Origin: Chara braunii
Taxonomy: Eukaryota > Plantae > Charophyceae
Reading direction: 5' to 3'
Assembly (NCBI GenBank): GCA_003427395.1
Contig: BFEA01000003.1
Coordinates: 6,071,226-6,135,225 of the forward strand
Length of the DNA stretch: 64,000 nucleotides
In this document: piece by piece, positions 1-12,662 of the stretch
How the letters are laid out: each line of letters starts with the position of its first letter
Position numbering within the stretch: the first letter of the stretch is position 1
Notes under the pieces: model-generated
The model's input: the letters and a program-made list of their open reading frames with translations, nothing else
Databases searched by the model: none
Told to the model about the DNA's origin: nothing
Translations under genes and position numbers: made by a program

Positions 1-99
1 ATAAGAGGGATGTCCGGAACTGCCGCCCGATATCGGAACGTTGCTTATAAGACACTAGCGAAGGCACTAGCACTAACTTAAAGGCTCTTTGCGAAACTC

Positions 100-2906
100 C
101 CACACACACTACGGATCTATCCATGGGTTCCCCCGAAACAGCAACGTCCCGAAGAAAGAAGGGAGAGAATGAGGGCAGACAATTTCATGGTAGAGTTTCG
201 TCACATCCCAATTGAAATCCAAGCAGCGTTTGTTCGAGACTTTGGGGAGAAATTCGATATCATTGACTTCATTGACCAGCTGCCCCCGCATGTGCCGAAA
301 CGAGATGATTACCTCATGTTGGCAATCGATCTCCCAGAGGGGCAGCCTTTTATCTGTCGATGACATAATCCCCTTCCGGATGCGCGATAAAGACTTTAAG
401 ATTCATACGGCTCACAAGCTGCGCCCTTGGTGTTTCAAGTGCCAAGCCTATGGTCACCTATACACGGACCCGGTGTGCTCCCACCATCCAATCAATCAAG
501 TTACGGTCACAGGGTGCCTAACTCAAGACCCATTTCGGAGCACACACTGGCGCACCGTCGACCCGGGACACGAAGGATGGGTCTTCGCCGATAAGAACGA
601 CGAGGACGAAAATATCATAGGGTGGGTGTGGGAAGGGTCAGGTGAACCTAACCTCGATTCCAACCCCCCTTTTACCTGGACATCCCCGAAGACGGTAGAA
701 TCCCGCTTACAACCTCAGGGGCTCACTCCCGTAGAAAGGACTGTCCGAAAGGACAAATCTCCTCCCACTGAGTCACCCCCAATAACAGTAGATTCCCAAG
801 CAAATTCACAGGGGCCTGCCCCTGTTGAAAAGGTTGTCCAGGAAGGGAATCAGAATGGATGGAAGAAAATTGGCCCAGCCCCGGAGGACTACCTGCTAGA
901 TCAAGGTAACCAACCTCTGCCAGAAGCCTCAAAAAAGGGGCATCCAAGTGGGCCAGGACTCCTGAACAAAATAGAGAATAAGGAGGTAGGGGCATGACTC
1001 AACAGATTCTCTGTATTAGCCAATGCGCTATGAGGTTCTAGGAAGGGAGAGGCAGTGAGTCAGGACCGGCATCACATTCAGCCTCACATGCAATCATCCA
1101 ATAACCCATGCGCAGTTAAAGGTTCGAAGGACCCTTATGGAGATGTATCGGAGCATAATGTCGAAGGGAAGGACAACCCGACAAATCTTGAGATTGCCCT
1201 GATAAGTAGCCCTTCTCTTATGATCAATACGGTCCCTAAACGCAGAGGCCCCGGAGGATTTCTGGCCCCTGGCATATAAACAGCTTAGGAAGGCCCTCGA
1301 AGATAGCATAAGGGTGAGACTCATTTTGGAACAAGGCCTCTTGAGCCACATACAATGGGAGGAGGTACTCCAAAGACTTTTTAGATTCTCATTGGCCCAT
1401 CTCCAGGCTCCGGTAAAGGAACTGCGAGGGGCTCAGGAACACCTGCCAGCAAAGCTCCCCCGAGCACAACAGGGAGAAGATAGACAACAGGACACGGATA
1501 TGCAAGGGCGGCAGGAGAAGGTACCCGCCAGGGAAGGAAAAAAGGTAACTGTTTCCGAAGAGAACCAAGGAACAGGTTACCTAGAGGAAGGGTGCAAGGT
1601 TGCTCAGATAGAGCCTCTTGCAGAGGACTACCTCGAAGGGGCCTTATGTCCACAGCCCATGGAGATCGAGGATCCTCCTGTTCCCCTTCCCCCCCTTCCG
1701 GATGTGGCCGCAATGGACATTGACCAATGGGAGGATATGTGTGCTTCTCCAACAGACATGGATACGGAGCAGAAACTAAGAATTACCGCTGACTGGCTTA
1801 TCAAGGGCTTCTGTGCCCAATACCCAGCCGGGACACATGATTTCTGGAACTGTACTTATGCCCAGTTGTTTGCCATTCCAGATAAGAGCCCAACCCTGCG
1901 CAAAGCCCTAGAGGCTGCCCCCCCCTCCCCCATCTCCTTATGCCCAGTTGTTTGCCATTCCAGATAAGAGCCCAACCCTGCGCAAAGCCCTAGAGGCTGT
2001 TCCCCTTCCCCCCCTTCCGGATGTGGCCGCAATGGACATTGACCAATGGGAGGATATGTGTGCTCCTCCAACACACATAGATACGGAGCAGAAACTAAGA
2101 ATTATCGCTGACTGGCTTATCGAGGGCTTCTGTGCCCAATACCCAGGCGGGACACATGATTTTTGGAACTGTACTTATGCCCAGTTGTTTGTCATTCCAC
2201 ATAAGAGCCCAACCCTGCGCAAAGCCCTAGAGGCTGCCCCCCCCCCCCCCCCATCTCCTGGTCCAAGATTTCCAGCGGATCCGCCACCTCTCAGCCCAGC
2301 AGTTTCAGCCCCCGGAGCAACATCGGCCAACGTCGGATAACCTCGGGGGGAACCAGCCATTGGTCCTGACCGACCTTCACCACGATCAGCCACGCCATAC
2401 AAAACTCGGGCACTTGGTGGAGGCAGGCCAATACAAGAAGAATTTACAGCAGAAAGAAGGTGTGGCGGTTATCCCGCTAAGATACGCGAACGACAAGATG
2501 AAGATAGGGCTCTCTCCAATACAGGGAGGGTTCGTACTACCGGGGTGGGGCTTCTATAATATATGGACCCTCCCTGGTCCGAGGGGCAGAGACTTCAAGA
2601 AAAAAGCAGACCCCTTTTTACACCAGCATTACCCGGTCGGAGTCTTGGCAGCCCTCTCTCAATTCGATGGTTTAATGAGGATAGCCAACACAGATCTGTA
2701 CGTGACAGTAGGTCCTTTTCGAGGAGGATAAGAGCTCCAATCTTAGGTGGTTTAACCACGGAGCCCTGATGGAGCTTCCCCTCCAACAAGTGAAAGCCAA
2801 TGCTTTCTGGTCGGAGGAGGATCTACGCACGTGTCTATCAAGAGTACTCCGTAATGGGCTTTTATGTACAATCAACTGGTCCGCCAAGCCATGGGTAAGG
2901 GTCTAG
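100..2906 (+). pseudogene. LINE ORF1 remnant (frameshifted): N-terminal domain + zinc knuckle, Pro/Glu-rich linker with internal tandem duplication, conserved C-terminal domain
   Basis: ORF pieces 169-363, 212-997, 1314-1967, 1948-2340, 2360-2731 plus a shifted frame ending ...AKPWVRV* at 2906. The C-terminal part aligns with 50028-50603(-) of the second LINE. Confidence 0.75.
1680..2236 (+). repeat. Internal tandem duplication inside LINE ORF1
   Basis: 1680-1917 recurs at 1999-2236; the block tatgcccagttgtttgccattcc...ctagaggctg occurs at about 1857, 1939 and 2176. Confidence 0.9.
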
Positions 2907-2934
2907 CTTTGGGGCGGGGATCAGGATAATACTA

Positions 2935-5900
2935 ATGGACGAAATCGACACACTTTACTGCAGGAATCCACACTGGAAATACTGCCTCCGGTACGCAGAT
3001 CTGGACATAAGAACCCTCAACGTGAATGATTTGGCCTCCTTCAATCCTGTGAAGAGACAGGCGATCTGGGATCAATTGAAGGGTGTGGGTGGCAAAACAT
3101 GACCCGATGTCATTTGTATCCAGGAAACCCATCTAATGGACAAACCTGAACATCGTCGGGCCCATAAAACAGTATGGCCTCATCAGGCGTATAATGCACA
3201 CGCCAAGTCACCAGGTTCTGTCGGGGTAGCTATATGGATCCCGCTAGAGTCCCGTTTAGAGGTGGTTCATTGGGTAGCGGACGAGGATCAAGGGAGGTGG
3301 GTATCGATTCTGGGGATGCTTGAAATCAAACTAATCAGCATTTTGTGTGTATATGCCCCCAACACACCGACAGATAGGGCACGTTTTTTCACCCACTTGC
3401 ATACTCTCGGGCCATAAGGAGTATCACTGATCATAACCGGTGATTTCAATGCAGCGCCTGATAGATGGATGGATAGATGGGATGCCCGAGTTATGTGGAA
3501 GAAGATAAGAGGATATTGGCGGACTTTTGTAAATCCCTGGATCTGGTGGTGCGTATAGACACCTGCATCCGACTGAGAAGACTTATACATGTTTTCGTAC
3601 CAATGACCTCTCCCGACATTCCAAGTCAAGAATGAACTTAATCTTACTCTCGTAGGAGATTGTGAATTCCCTACAACTATCCACCATCTTCCCACAAAGC
3701 CCCTACCCAGGCCTGGACCACCGTTTATGCGGAGCCATCTTCTCCTTCCGCAAGCGGCCGGACCAAGGTCCTGGATATTACAAGTTAAACACATCCCTGC
3801 TCAAGGAGAAACAATTTCACTCATACGTTTGTGATGTTTGGATTTTTTTGACAAAGCAAAAACACCTCTTCGATACGGAAGTCCTATGGTTCATTAATGG
3901 ACTCTTCTTCCTAGCTAAGAAATGTAAAGAATATTCGATGTTGTTGGCAAACCGACGACATGTACAGGAAATGAAGGTTCACAGAAGACTTCACAACCTG
4001 GTTAACCAGGACAACTCCAATGATCATAGTCGGGACATCCAAGATTTGCAGGACCAACTGCTTTACCTAGCACAACACATATGGCAAGGAATCAGGATCC
4101 GAGGAAAATTAACAAAATGGACCACTGAAGGTACTATGGACTCCCAATTTTTGAGTCTAGCTTCCATGAGAGCACACCGCACGACTATTGAGGCCCTTTT
4201 GGACCCAGCCACAGACGAATTAGCCACCTCCACAGCCCATAGCGTAAGGATCGTCAGATCCTTTACAAAGACTTTTTTTCCTCCCACATCCCCCAACAGC
4301 AGGATGCAAACCGCCTTAGAGAGCTGGAAAACTTCCTACATCCGATGGAAACTCACCTGACCCCGATACAGAAAGATCAATTGGACCGCCAGATCGCCAA
4401 AGATGAGATCTGGACGACCCTCACGCAAATGGAAGAAGAAAAAACTCCAGGTTTAAATGGCTTCCCCAAAGAATTTTGGGAGGTCATGTGGCCTACCCTA
4501 AGCGATGACCTGATGAATTTTTACCGAGCAGTGTGGGATTCCAGAGAGCTGGGGAAATTAGTAGGAAAAAGGGTTTTATCTTTACTTTACAAAAAAAAGG
4601 ATAAATTGAACATCCGGAATTACTGTCCCATCACTCTCTTGACAATGGTTTACAAAAATATTGTCCAAAGCATTGGCCAACCGCATGATTAAGGTAATGA
4701 AGGACATCATCCATCCAGCCCAGACCGACTTCATGCGCAATAGAAACATCCAAGAGAACATACTGCTGGTCAATGAGATGATCAGCCTGGCCCATCAGTC
4801 AAAAAATAATGCCGCGCTCATCTTCATCGACTTCGAAAAAACCTATGACCATGTGGATTGGACATTCTTAGACAGGTGCTTGGGGCGACTAAACTTCGAC
4901 AATAATTTTCAGAGATGGATCCGTATCCTACACCAAAACACGACTACGAGCGTTCAAATAGACGGGACTATGGCACCAGGGTTTAGACTGCAACGTTCAA
5001 TCAGACAAGGGGACCCTATTGCCCCCTTCTTATTCATCATCGTAATGGAAGCGCTAGCAGCTAACCTTTGACAGTGCAAGGATCTAAAGAGAATTCAGAT
5101 TGCCGACATTCCTGAGGATGGCAGACGATCTAAAAATTATGGCGGACACCACACATTTGAACATGGAAGAGATACATAGGTTAATGAAGTTTTTTTGTAC
5201 CCTCTCTGATATGGTCGTCAACTGGGGGCACAAAACAATAGGTTGGTGACTCCACCATCAAGGGGGTCATCCCGCGGAAGATCACCAAATTACCTGGGTG
5301 GACCTAGAATCCCCAATCAGGATTTTGGGGGTAAAGATGACACTCAATGGTAAACCCTCGAAAAATGACGGCTGGATTTCAGCACCGGGATGTGCAAAAC
5401 TCTCTCAATGGAACCACCAACATACATCTCTTTTTGGACGGGCCTTGGTGATAAACAATGTAGCCTTGGTCTCCCTTTGGTATAAATCGGTGCTATGGCG
5501 ACTAAGTCCAGGGGTCCTGAGGATCTTAAAGAGGAAGGTGGCAAGCTACCTATGGAGAGGGGATAGTGAAAAACCCCATGCCATCAGTCGTGTGGCTTGG
5601 GACTTGGTCACTCAACCTAAAGCCCAAGGAGGTCTTGGCATTATAGAACCCCTCACCCAGTCTCAAGCCCTGAGTTTACAATAGGTTGTACGTTTGATTT
5701 TCGAGAAAACACTCGTATGGAGACCATTAGCACTGACGCAAATTGCCCGCCTGGCCCTGGAAGGCCCTCAGTCTGTTCACCACCTCCAATGGTTAGACGA
5801 CCGCTACTGGAGAGTGCCACGACGCCCCCGGGGTGGGGAGAGACGGAGAGATTACTTCTGGCCTCGCCTGTTGAAAACTTGGAGAAAACTACCCCCTCGG

Positions 5901-7422
5901 AATCGGCCACCCCAGATAGGTGGGAGGAAGTAGCAAGGCAACCCCTCTTCGGTAACCGATAGATCACTAATGAACGAAGTCAAATTTTTAGCAGTTCGGA
6001 CTCCCCGTGGAAGGGTTGGGTGAAAAATGGGTTGACTCGAGTGGGCGACCTTTGGGACACGCAGAGGAAGGACTTGAAGGCCCCTGAAAAGATGAGGGAG
6101 GAATTGAGATATTGTCACAATATTGAATCCGCATTAGAAGTCATAATGGAGACCATTTCGATAGGATGGTGGCCCATTCTTCGCACGGGTCCGGTAGTGA
6201 AAGAGGGGGATTGGATGACCCAGAAAGCGAGGGATGAAAAGGTAGGGATGGTTCATCTAGTCAACTCGGACGCGGGGCTGATTGAGTAGTATAACATAAA
6301 AGGAGATGGCACGTTGGATGGGAGTCGGGACCCCTTCCAATGAACTCGATTAGAGGATCTATACCAAATCAGGGTTACAGAGAATGGGGAGCACGGGCAG
6401 GCCTTTCTTCCTAAAGTGGCCTTAGAAAACCTCCCTTTTGACGCATTGGAATGGATATGGAACCCGGACACACGACATAACCTAAAACACCCAAAACCTA
6501 AAATATTGTCCGACCTCACGGTGAAGGCGATATATAAAATATTTAGAACTAAGCGATGCCTTAGGGATACGGTGATCGACAGATGGCAGAGGCACCTCAA
6601 CATGGAGAGACACCTTCTCACACTGATTCGATGGTTCAGAGATACAAAAAACATACCTGCAAAAATCACATCCTTACAATGGCAGATCGTGCATCGGTGT
6701 CTCCCTACCAACGACTGGCTGATCGATCATTCATGTTTAGAGCACCAAGGCCATGCGCTCCCCTGGTGCTCCCGCTGCCTTATGGGGTTCCCAGCCAGGT
6801 AGAGAGCAGAGACAATAGAACATATTTTCCTGCAATATCCGTCAACGGTTTTGACTTGGAGATGGTGGATAGGGTGTGGCGACAAATGGTTCCAGGGCAT
6901 CCATGGTCGTGGGAATGGCGGGCCATCCACATGGGTTACTACCCACCCTTTCAGGACAACACCTTTGTGACAAACATGTTTCATCTGTCACGAAGAACGA
7001 TCTTGTGGATCTTGTGGTAGCAACGCTGCATCCTCACCTTAGACAAGGTACGGATTGAGGGTGAGGAGAGGTTGGAGCATCTCAAAACGCATTTCCAATT
7101 GGAACTCTTGCATAGGTGGAAGACCACTAAACAATCACTCGATAACCTCCACAGATCCAAGGACATTCGAGAACGTCTAGTACAATTTTCTAGGGAGTGG
7201 CTGGGTGGGGATCGGGAGGGGTGGATAGCGGAGGTCTGCTAGTCAGGGGACTGGGATGAAAATGTCGGCAGGGAGGACCAAGATGGAGAGGTAGTCCCAA
7301 GGGACTACCACCAGAGTTTCAAGGAATGGTTGCCGATAGACTCGTGCATCCCCATGAGACAAGCGGAGGAGTCTCCAGACCCCTTCCCTTTGCCTCCGGG
7401 GTCTCTGGAATTATGCATGTAG
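2935..7422 (+). pseudogene. LINE ORF2 (APE endonuclease - reverse transcriptase - zf-RVT), many stops and frameshifts
   Basis: ATG at 2935 (MDEIDTLY..ADLDIRTLNVNDLA), RT motifs at 4345-5200, C-terminal ...PMRQAEESPDPFPLPPGSLELCM* at 7422; colinear with the second LINE ORF2. Confidence 0.9.
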
Positions 7423-8030
7423 TCTCCTGCCCACTAAAACCCTTTGAACCCTCTTGGTCTTTTTTTGTCTGAGTATTGTCTATGCCTTTTTATAGTGTTT
7501 GGGGCGGATTTGCGTTCTTATGGTCAGTTCCTGATTATCTTTTTTTTTTGGTTTCAGCTTGCCTCCGTTTCTGTTCTGTTTTTCAATCCCCCTCCTTTTT
7601 GTTTCTTTTGTCCTCTACCTTCTTTTTGCTGTAAGTGTGGATGGCGGCGACCGAAGACAATGTGGTTGGTAGGCGTTTCAGAGGAATGGCAGGGAGACGA
7701 CAGGATAACCACTAGTGCCCCCCAATGGCTCCTCCCGGTACCTTGACCAGGCATAGGGATGGAAAGGGAGATGAGGTTCTGCCACTCTTAGTTTCACGTT
7801 CGGGTCGTCTTCACACATGCTCAGTCAATCCTCTGATTCCCAGAGCAATCAAAGTTGGCAGACCCTCTACAGGCGCTTTTCAATTTTCCTCTTTGCAACA
7901 TTTGTATCAATCTATGTAAGGGACGTTGGACCCGTTTTCGAGCAGGTGTTGCTCCCCACCAATACATGGAGCCTCTCCCAAAGGTGCTAGCGATGTCTGT
8001 CTTAAACAGCATCGCTAGCACTGTAGGGAC

Positions 8031-8096
<66 letters not shown>

Positions 8097-8106
8097 AAAA
8101 AAAAGG

Positions 8107-8146
<40 letters not shown>

Positions 8147-8334
8147 GCGGCCTTTGTTAGGAGCCGATCCATATTTTAAAACATATTGATAAAAAATTGA
8201 ACAATACAGGCCCTGGAGATCATGAGCTTGGAGAAAAGAGAAGTGGTCATTCTCATATTGGATGTGGAGAAGGTCTACAACAAGGTGGGGTGGACTTTTG
8301 TCTTCACCGCCCCACAAGCGCTTATCGGGTTTGG

Positions 8335-8690
8335 GCAGTCTGAAAATCCTGAATGGTCCTGAAGTGGTGAAACGTCCGAAGACCCTGAAAACCACTTGTT
8401 TAGGCAGGTTGTATCCTGAAGTGGTAAAGGGTGTCCTGAAGTGGTAAAGTGAGAGTTTTCGGCAGTCTGAAAATCATGAATGGTCCTGAAGTGGTGAAAG
8501 GTCTGAAGACCATAAAACCATCCTTCACCACTTAAGGATGCAGCCTGCCTAAACAAGTGGTTTTCAGGGTCTTCGGTGCTTTTACCACTTTAAGACCATT
8601 CAGGATTTTCAGACCTGAATGATCCTGAAGTGGTGAAAGGTCCGAAGACCGTGAAAACCACCTGTCTAGGCAGGCTGAAGTGGTGATGAA
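8335..8690. repeat. Cluster of about 90-bp units (cctgaagtggtgaaaggtccgaagacc...aaaaccac), three direct and one inverted
   Basis: Direct copies near 8340, 8465 and 8615; reverse-complement copy at about 8525-8615. Confidence 0.8.
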
Positions 8691-8699
8691 AAATATGAC

Positions 8700-9552
8700 T
8701 GTTGTTAACCTTCTCTCCACTGCCCTTGGTAAAATGAGATTTTGTCAGGGCTTTTCTAACTGGATATGAGCCACGTATGTGACGCTCTAACCTCATGCCT
8801 TGTGTTGTCTTCCGTTCGGAGTGTTTTAAATTGCGGAAGGGGCCCCGGAAAGGCAGCAAGATGGGGTGTGGCAATGGTTTTTGGGAAATTGAGTGCGGGG
8901 ACACGGACATAACCGAAATCTCCTGCGTCGGTCCGACTTGGTAAGAAGGGGGAGGGTCTGTCACTGCGCGGGTTTTGAGGGAGAAGAAGGCACGCGCGAG
9001 ACTCACGACGCGGGGAAATCAACCCAAAAAGTATCGTTGAATTTCCCATCGAGTCGTCGCTTTACATTTCACGTGGAAGGGGGCGGGCACGTACTTGGTA
9101 TCCCGTTTCCGGGTCAAGACCCAACGCCGCTCATTACACAACTTTGAATCAGACGTGGAAGGCCTTAACCGAGTGACTCTTTCCTTATGCTCATCTCCAT
9201 CTCGTACTCGGTAGTGAAAACCCTTTGATTGGTAACGCTCGAAGCGGCGACAATCGCTGCACAGAGTGTTAGACCAATGGGGCGCTACTGCCAACCACGG
9301 GATGACGATTAGCTCATTGAACGACAATAGCAACGAATAAGGCGGAAAGTGTGTGTCCACAATAACAAAACCAGCACCGACAAATCCAGAGCATCGAGTT
9401 TCAGGAGGGAAGTAGTATCTTCCGCTGACCTAGGCGACGGCTTCTCGTACGTCTCATTCACATACACGTGTCCTCTTTTCGTTATACGAAAAGGGGCATG
9501 TCAGGGATGCGGGAGGCCGGCGCCTTGTCGGCTTGGGACAATCGGTCCACAT
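8700..9552 (-). pseudogene. Unknown protein, about 285 codons, three in-frame stops
   Basis: gccATG TGG at 9552; a single frame runs through ORFs 9019-9360 and 8590-9006; 74/97 aa identical (manual count) to the open ORF at 63709-64000. Confidence 0.7.
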
Positions 9553-10601
9553 GGCAATGGCGAAATCCTATCTAGCATGCATCCCACACGTCAATCACAA
9601 CGATCCCACGATCTAGTCAGAGACAAGTCCACCAGGCAATCGTCTTATCATCCAAACATTCTCATTCATTTCCCATAGGCATTCATCAAAGAAGGTGTGA
9701 AAATGGCAGCCACACATCACTCGGTTCTCCGTGTGCTCTGCACTCCTGCCCCGTTATCCCTGTGACCAATTAAGCGTTAGCCAAAACAACCATCTTATTC
9801 CTCGTGTACGACAGATCGACAAGCATCCATAAACCACTCATGTCATAGAGGGAGAGAGAGGAGGTAGGGATGAAAAAAACTTGGAGCAGACAAGATAGGT
9901 GAAAAGTACACCAAGATCCGATGATGAAAAAGAGTTTCCGGCTTAACTGTCGTCGAACTGAACTCACACCAGAGAATAGATTCGAGACAAGGAGGCGCAT
10001 CCGTCGTAAAGTTCAACTATGGCCCTGGACCATTCATCTATTCAACTCTGATCACTATCCGCGTGCATGCATTGACAATCTCAGTCATCACGTGCCACTT
10101 TCTAACACTGCGATCGTCACCCCGCCGACTTAGTCTCTGCACGGTTTGCCCGAATCCCAGAGTCCGTCATGGCGATCAGGCGCACCGACGGCCAGACTAC
10201 CGTCAGCCTGTCAGGACTTTTCGATTTGCACTCCACACATACCATCTAGCCACCGCTTCCCGGAAGCTGGCAGACAAGTTGAGAGAGAGATTTGTGGGCT
10301 CGCTTGCAGAATTTATAGTTGCGGGAAAGGAGGTAGATACGAGGGAAGCATGAGGGAGGATTTGGGGATAATCGCTCAACGAAAGCCATGTTGATCCTTC
10401 TGAGTCCGATCGTAGCCAATTAAAGTCGTTGCGTAATAGGAGTTTCCTCTTACACAGCGCTTCTCCTTGGCTAGACGAGATAAAGAGAGGACCGACCAGG
10501 TTCTTGGGCGTAGGACTTAGAGTGGAAGGAAGAAGGGTGTACAGGATAGCGCGAAACGGATCCAAGATTCAGATGATCAAGACAGAGAAAAGGTGCGCGG
10601 G

Positions 10602-10652
<51 letters not shown>

Positions 10653-11496
10653 ACGGTTACAGAGGGAGAGTGAGCGCGGGCACGAGGGGAGCGTCGAAGA
10701 TGGCGAGGGGAGCAGAAAGGGGGAAGCTCGCTTGCATGGCGTCGATCACAAATGCAAAAAGAGGCACCATAACAGTTACAGATTCCTCCTAAGTCCTATG
10801 CTAATTCAAAAATTGAAATCACCATATCCACTAGTAAAGTAGGCGCGAGAAAAAAATAGTCCTACATCCATTCGTATTCCCACCAAATTCCAAGAGTTTT
10901 CTGCGACGTGGTCGAGAATATTCACGCACAAAAAGGACACGTTGGGTTCCGTTCATTTCGAAATTTCTAACTGTCGGGCCAAATTCCTAGCGCACTCGCT
11001 AAAACGCGCACAATTCCCATGCATTTCCCAAATTATGAAAACGGAACTTTAAGAATCAATGAGACCAAAAACACGGGCCTCTGCAAGGCACCTTAAAAAA
11101 AAAAAAAAAAACAGAGAGGGGCCTTGTTGGCCTGAGCAAAATTTGAAAAAAAAAAGAGAGAGAAGAGGTCCGGAAGATGGCATAGGCTCAGAAGATGGTA
11201 CGTCACATGTACGCACAAGCAACGTCAGTAGTGATGGTTATTGGGTACCTATTCGAAGAATTTCAGCTGACACGATCCCTAGGTCAGAGTTGCAGCTAGA
11301 AGTGCTACTGGATAACATTCGACACAATGAGGCCATGAAACCACCAGTACTCGGCCCAACTATCGACCACGGAAAAAAAAAAAAAAGTAGAAACGTTTCT
11401 AGTTGGATGAATTTGGGCACTCCTGTAGTAGCTTGTAAGTTTTCTAAAATCGTGGCGCGTTAACGGACACGACTCAAGGAAGTACTGGTGGTTTAA
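8700..11496 (-). mobile_element. Unclassified repeat element, copy A (terminus TAAACCACCAGTACTTCC on -), carrying a pseudogenised unknown ORF
   Basis: Colinear reverse-complement similarity to 61766-64000 over terminus, non-coding blocks, promoter motifs and ORF. The left boundary is approximate. Confidence 0.7.
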
Positions 11497-11945
11497 GGCT
11501 CTGCAACTATCTGCATCTCTAAAGTGGAAGGGAGGTGAGCTTGCAGACGATCTGACGGTGACCTGTGCCGTTGTCCGAACACCATATCTTCCCTCGAAGA
11601 GCTGAGTGTGGTTCTAGACGACTATTGTCTTTTGTCCGAAGCTTCCATTAATTGGACAAAATCAGTGTACTTCCTTTATACTCACTGAAAATAGACTAGG
11701 CTTAAGAACAGTCTCGACCGCTAGGCTACCGGTCGGGCCGCCCACATCATCCTATTTTACCGGGCGGCCCGGCCGTGCAAGGGCAAAGGAAGGTCCTAGC
11801 CAAAAAAAACAAAAAAAAATCCAAAATTTTCGAAAGAAAACTATCTTATGCAGAAAAATAAATTGAACAACTTTCGCCTCACCGTCAAATCGAAATTCTT
11901 TACCAAATTGAAAAAAAAAGAAATAAGAAATATAATATATATATA

Positions 11946-12033
11946 AGGGTGCAGGCGTTAGGGATAGGCTGAACGCCCAAACATACAGGACCCCTTGGGA
12001 ATGCATTTGGTCGTTCAAGCCGAACGCGGACCG

Positions 12034-12065
<32 letters not shown>

Positions 12066-12610
12066 AAAAATCAAAACAATCTGAAAAAGCAAAGATGTTA
12101 TCCAGAAAAATAAACTAAATAACATTTGCTTGAGCATTACCTCGAAATTTCTTACCAAATTCGAAAAACAATAAGAAAGGAAAAAAAATACTAAAAAAAT
12201 AAAAAAATAAAAAAAATAATAATAAGAGAATTAAAATGAGTGAGTGTGCAAGCCGGATTTCGACACCACCATCTTTGGCGATTTTTCATTTGGTTTAGGC
12301 ACAGCCAAGTGTCTTTCAGCTTTACATATGTGTACACCACATGATACAAAACTCATGCAAAAAGTTTCACAAAATAATAAAATATTTGGGGCACCAAAAT
12401 AACATCACAATAAAAAGTGCAAAAGTGAAAAAAAAATTAAAAAAATCAGTAGCCGAGCATGTTCTAACACCGCCATCTTTGATAATTTTTTATTTTGTTT
12501 TGGCTCATCAAAATACCTTGAAATTTTACATGCGTATAGCGCATGTTGTACAAAACTTGCAAAAAAAAATACCAACAAAAAATATAATTTTTGAGCCATA
12601 AAAACGTTCA
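11946..12610 (+). mobile_element. (TA)n-associated CAGGG-terminus element, truncated copy
   Basis: Aligns with 56804-57528 and, reverse-complemented, with 12759-13538. Confidence 0.75.
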
Positions 12611-12662
12611 GTCTGATGACTATACCTATATATATATATATATATATCGTCACAATATATAT

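Larger units (their letters stand above)
1..8142 (+). mobile_element. Degenerate non-LTR retrotransposon, L1/Tx1-type LINE (copy 1); 5' end lies outside the window
   Basis: Ordered remnants: ORF1 with CCHC knuckle (CFKCQAYGHLYTDPVC), APE endonuclease (TLNVN, ICIQETH, CVYAPN, TGDFN, DH), RT (PITLL..VYK, FIDFEKTYDHVDW, RQGDPIAPFLF), zf-RVT-like region (CLPTNDWL..CSRC), about 600 bp 3' UTR and a poly(A) run at 8037-8142. Confidence 0.93.

Noticed and set aside
7855-8160. Poly-lysine ORF
   Set aside because: Translation of the LINE poly(A) tail.
8335-8690. Repeat-spacer-like pattern or hammerhead (ctgaag...gaaa)
   Set aside because: Intervening sequence is also repeated; CUGAAGU lacks the conserved GA, and no stem II/GAAA arrangement forms.
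9349-9678. Plus-strand ORF homologous to 63685-63912(-)
   Set aside because: Antisense shadow; the synonymous-change pattern favours the opposite strand.
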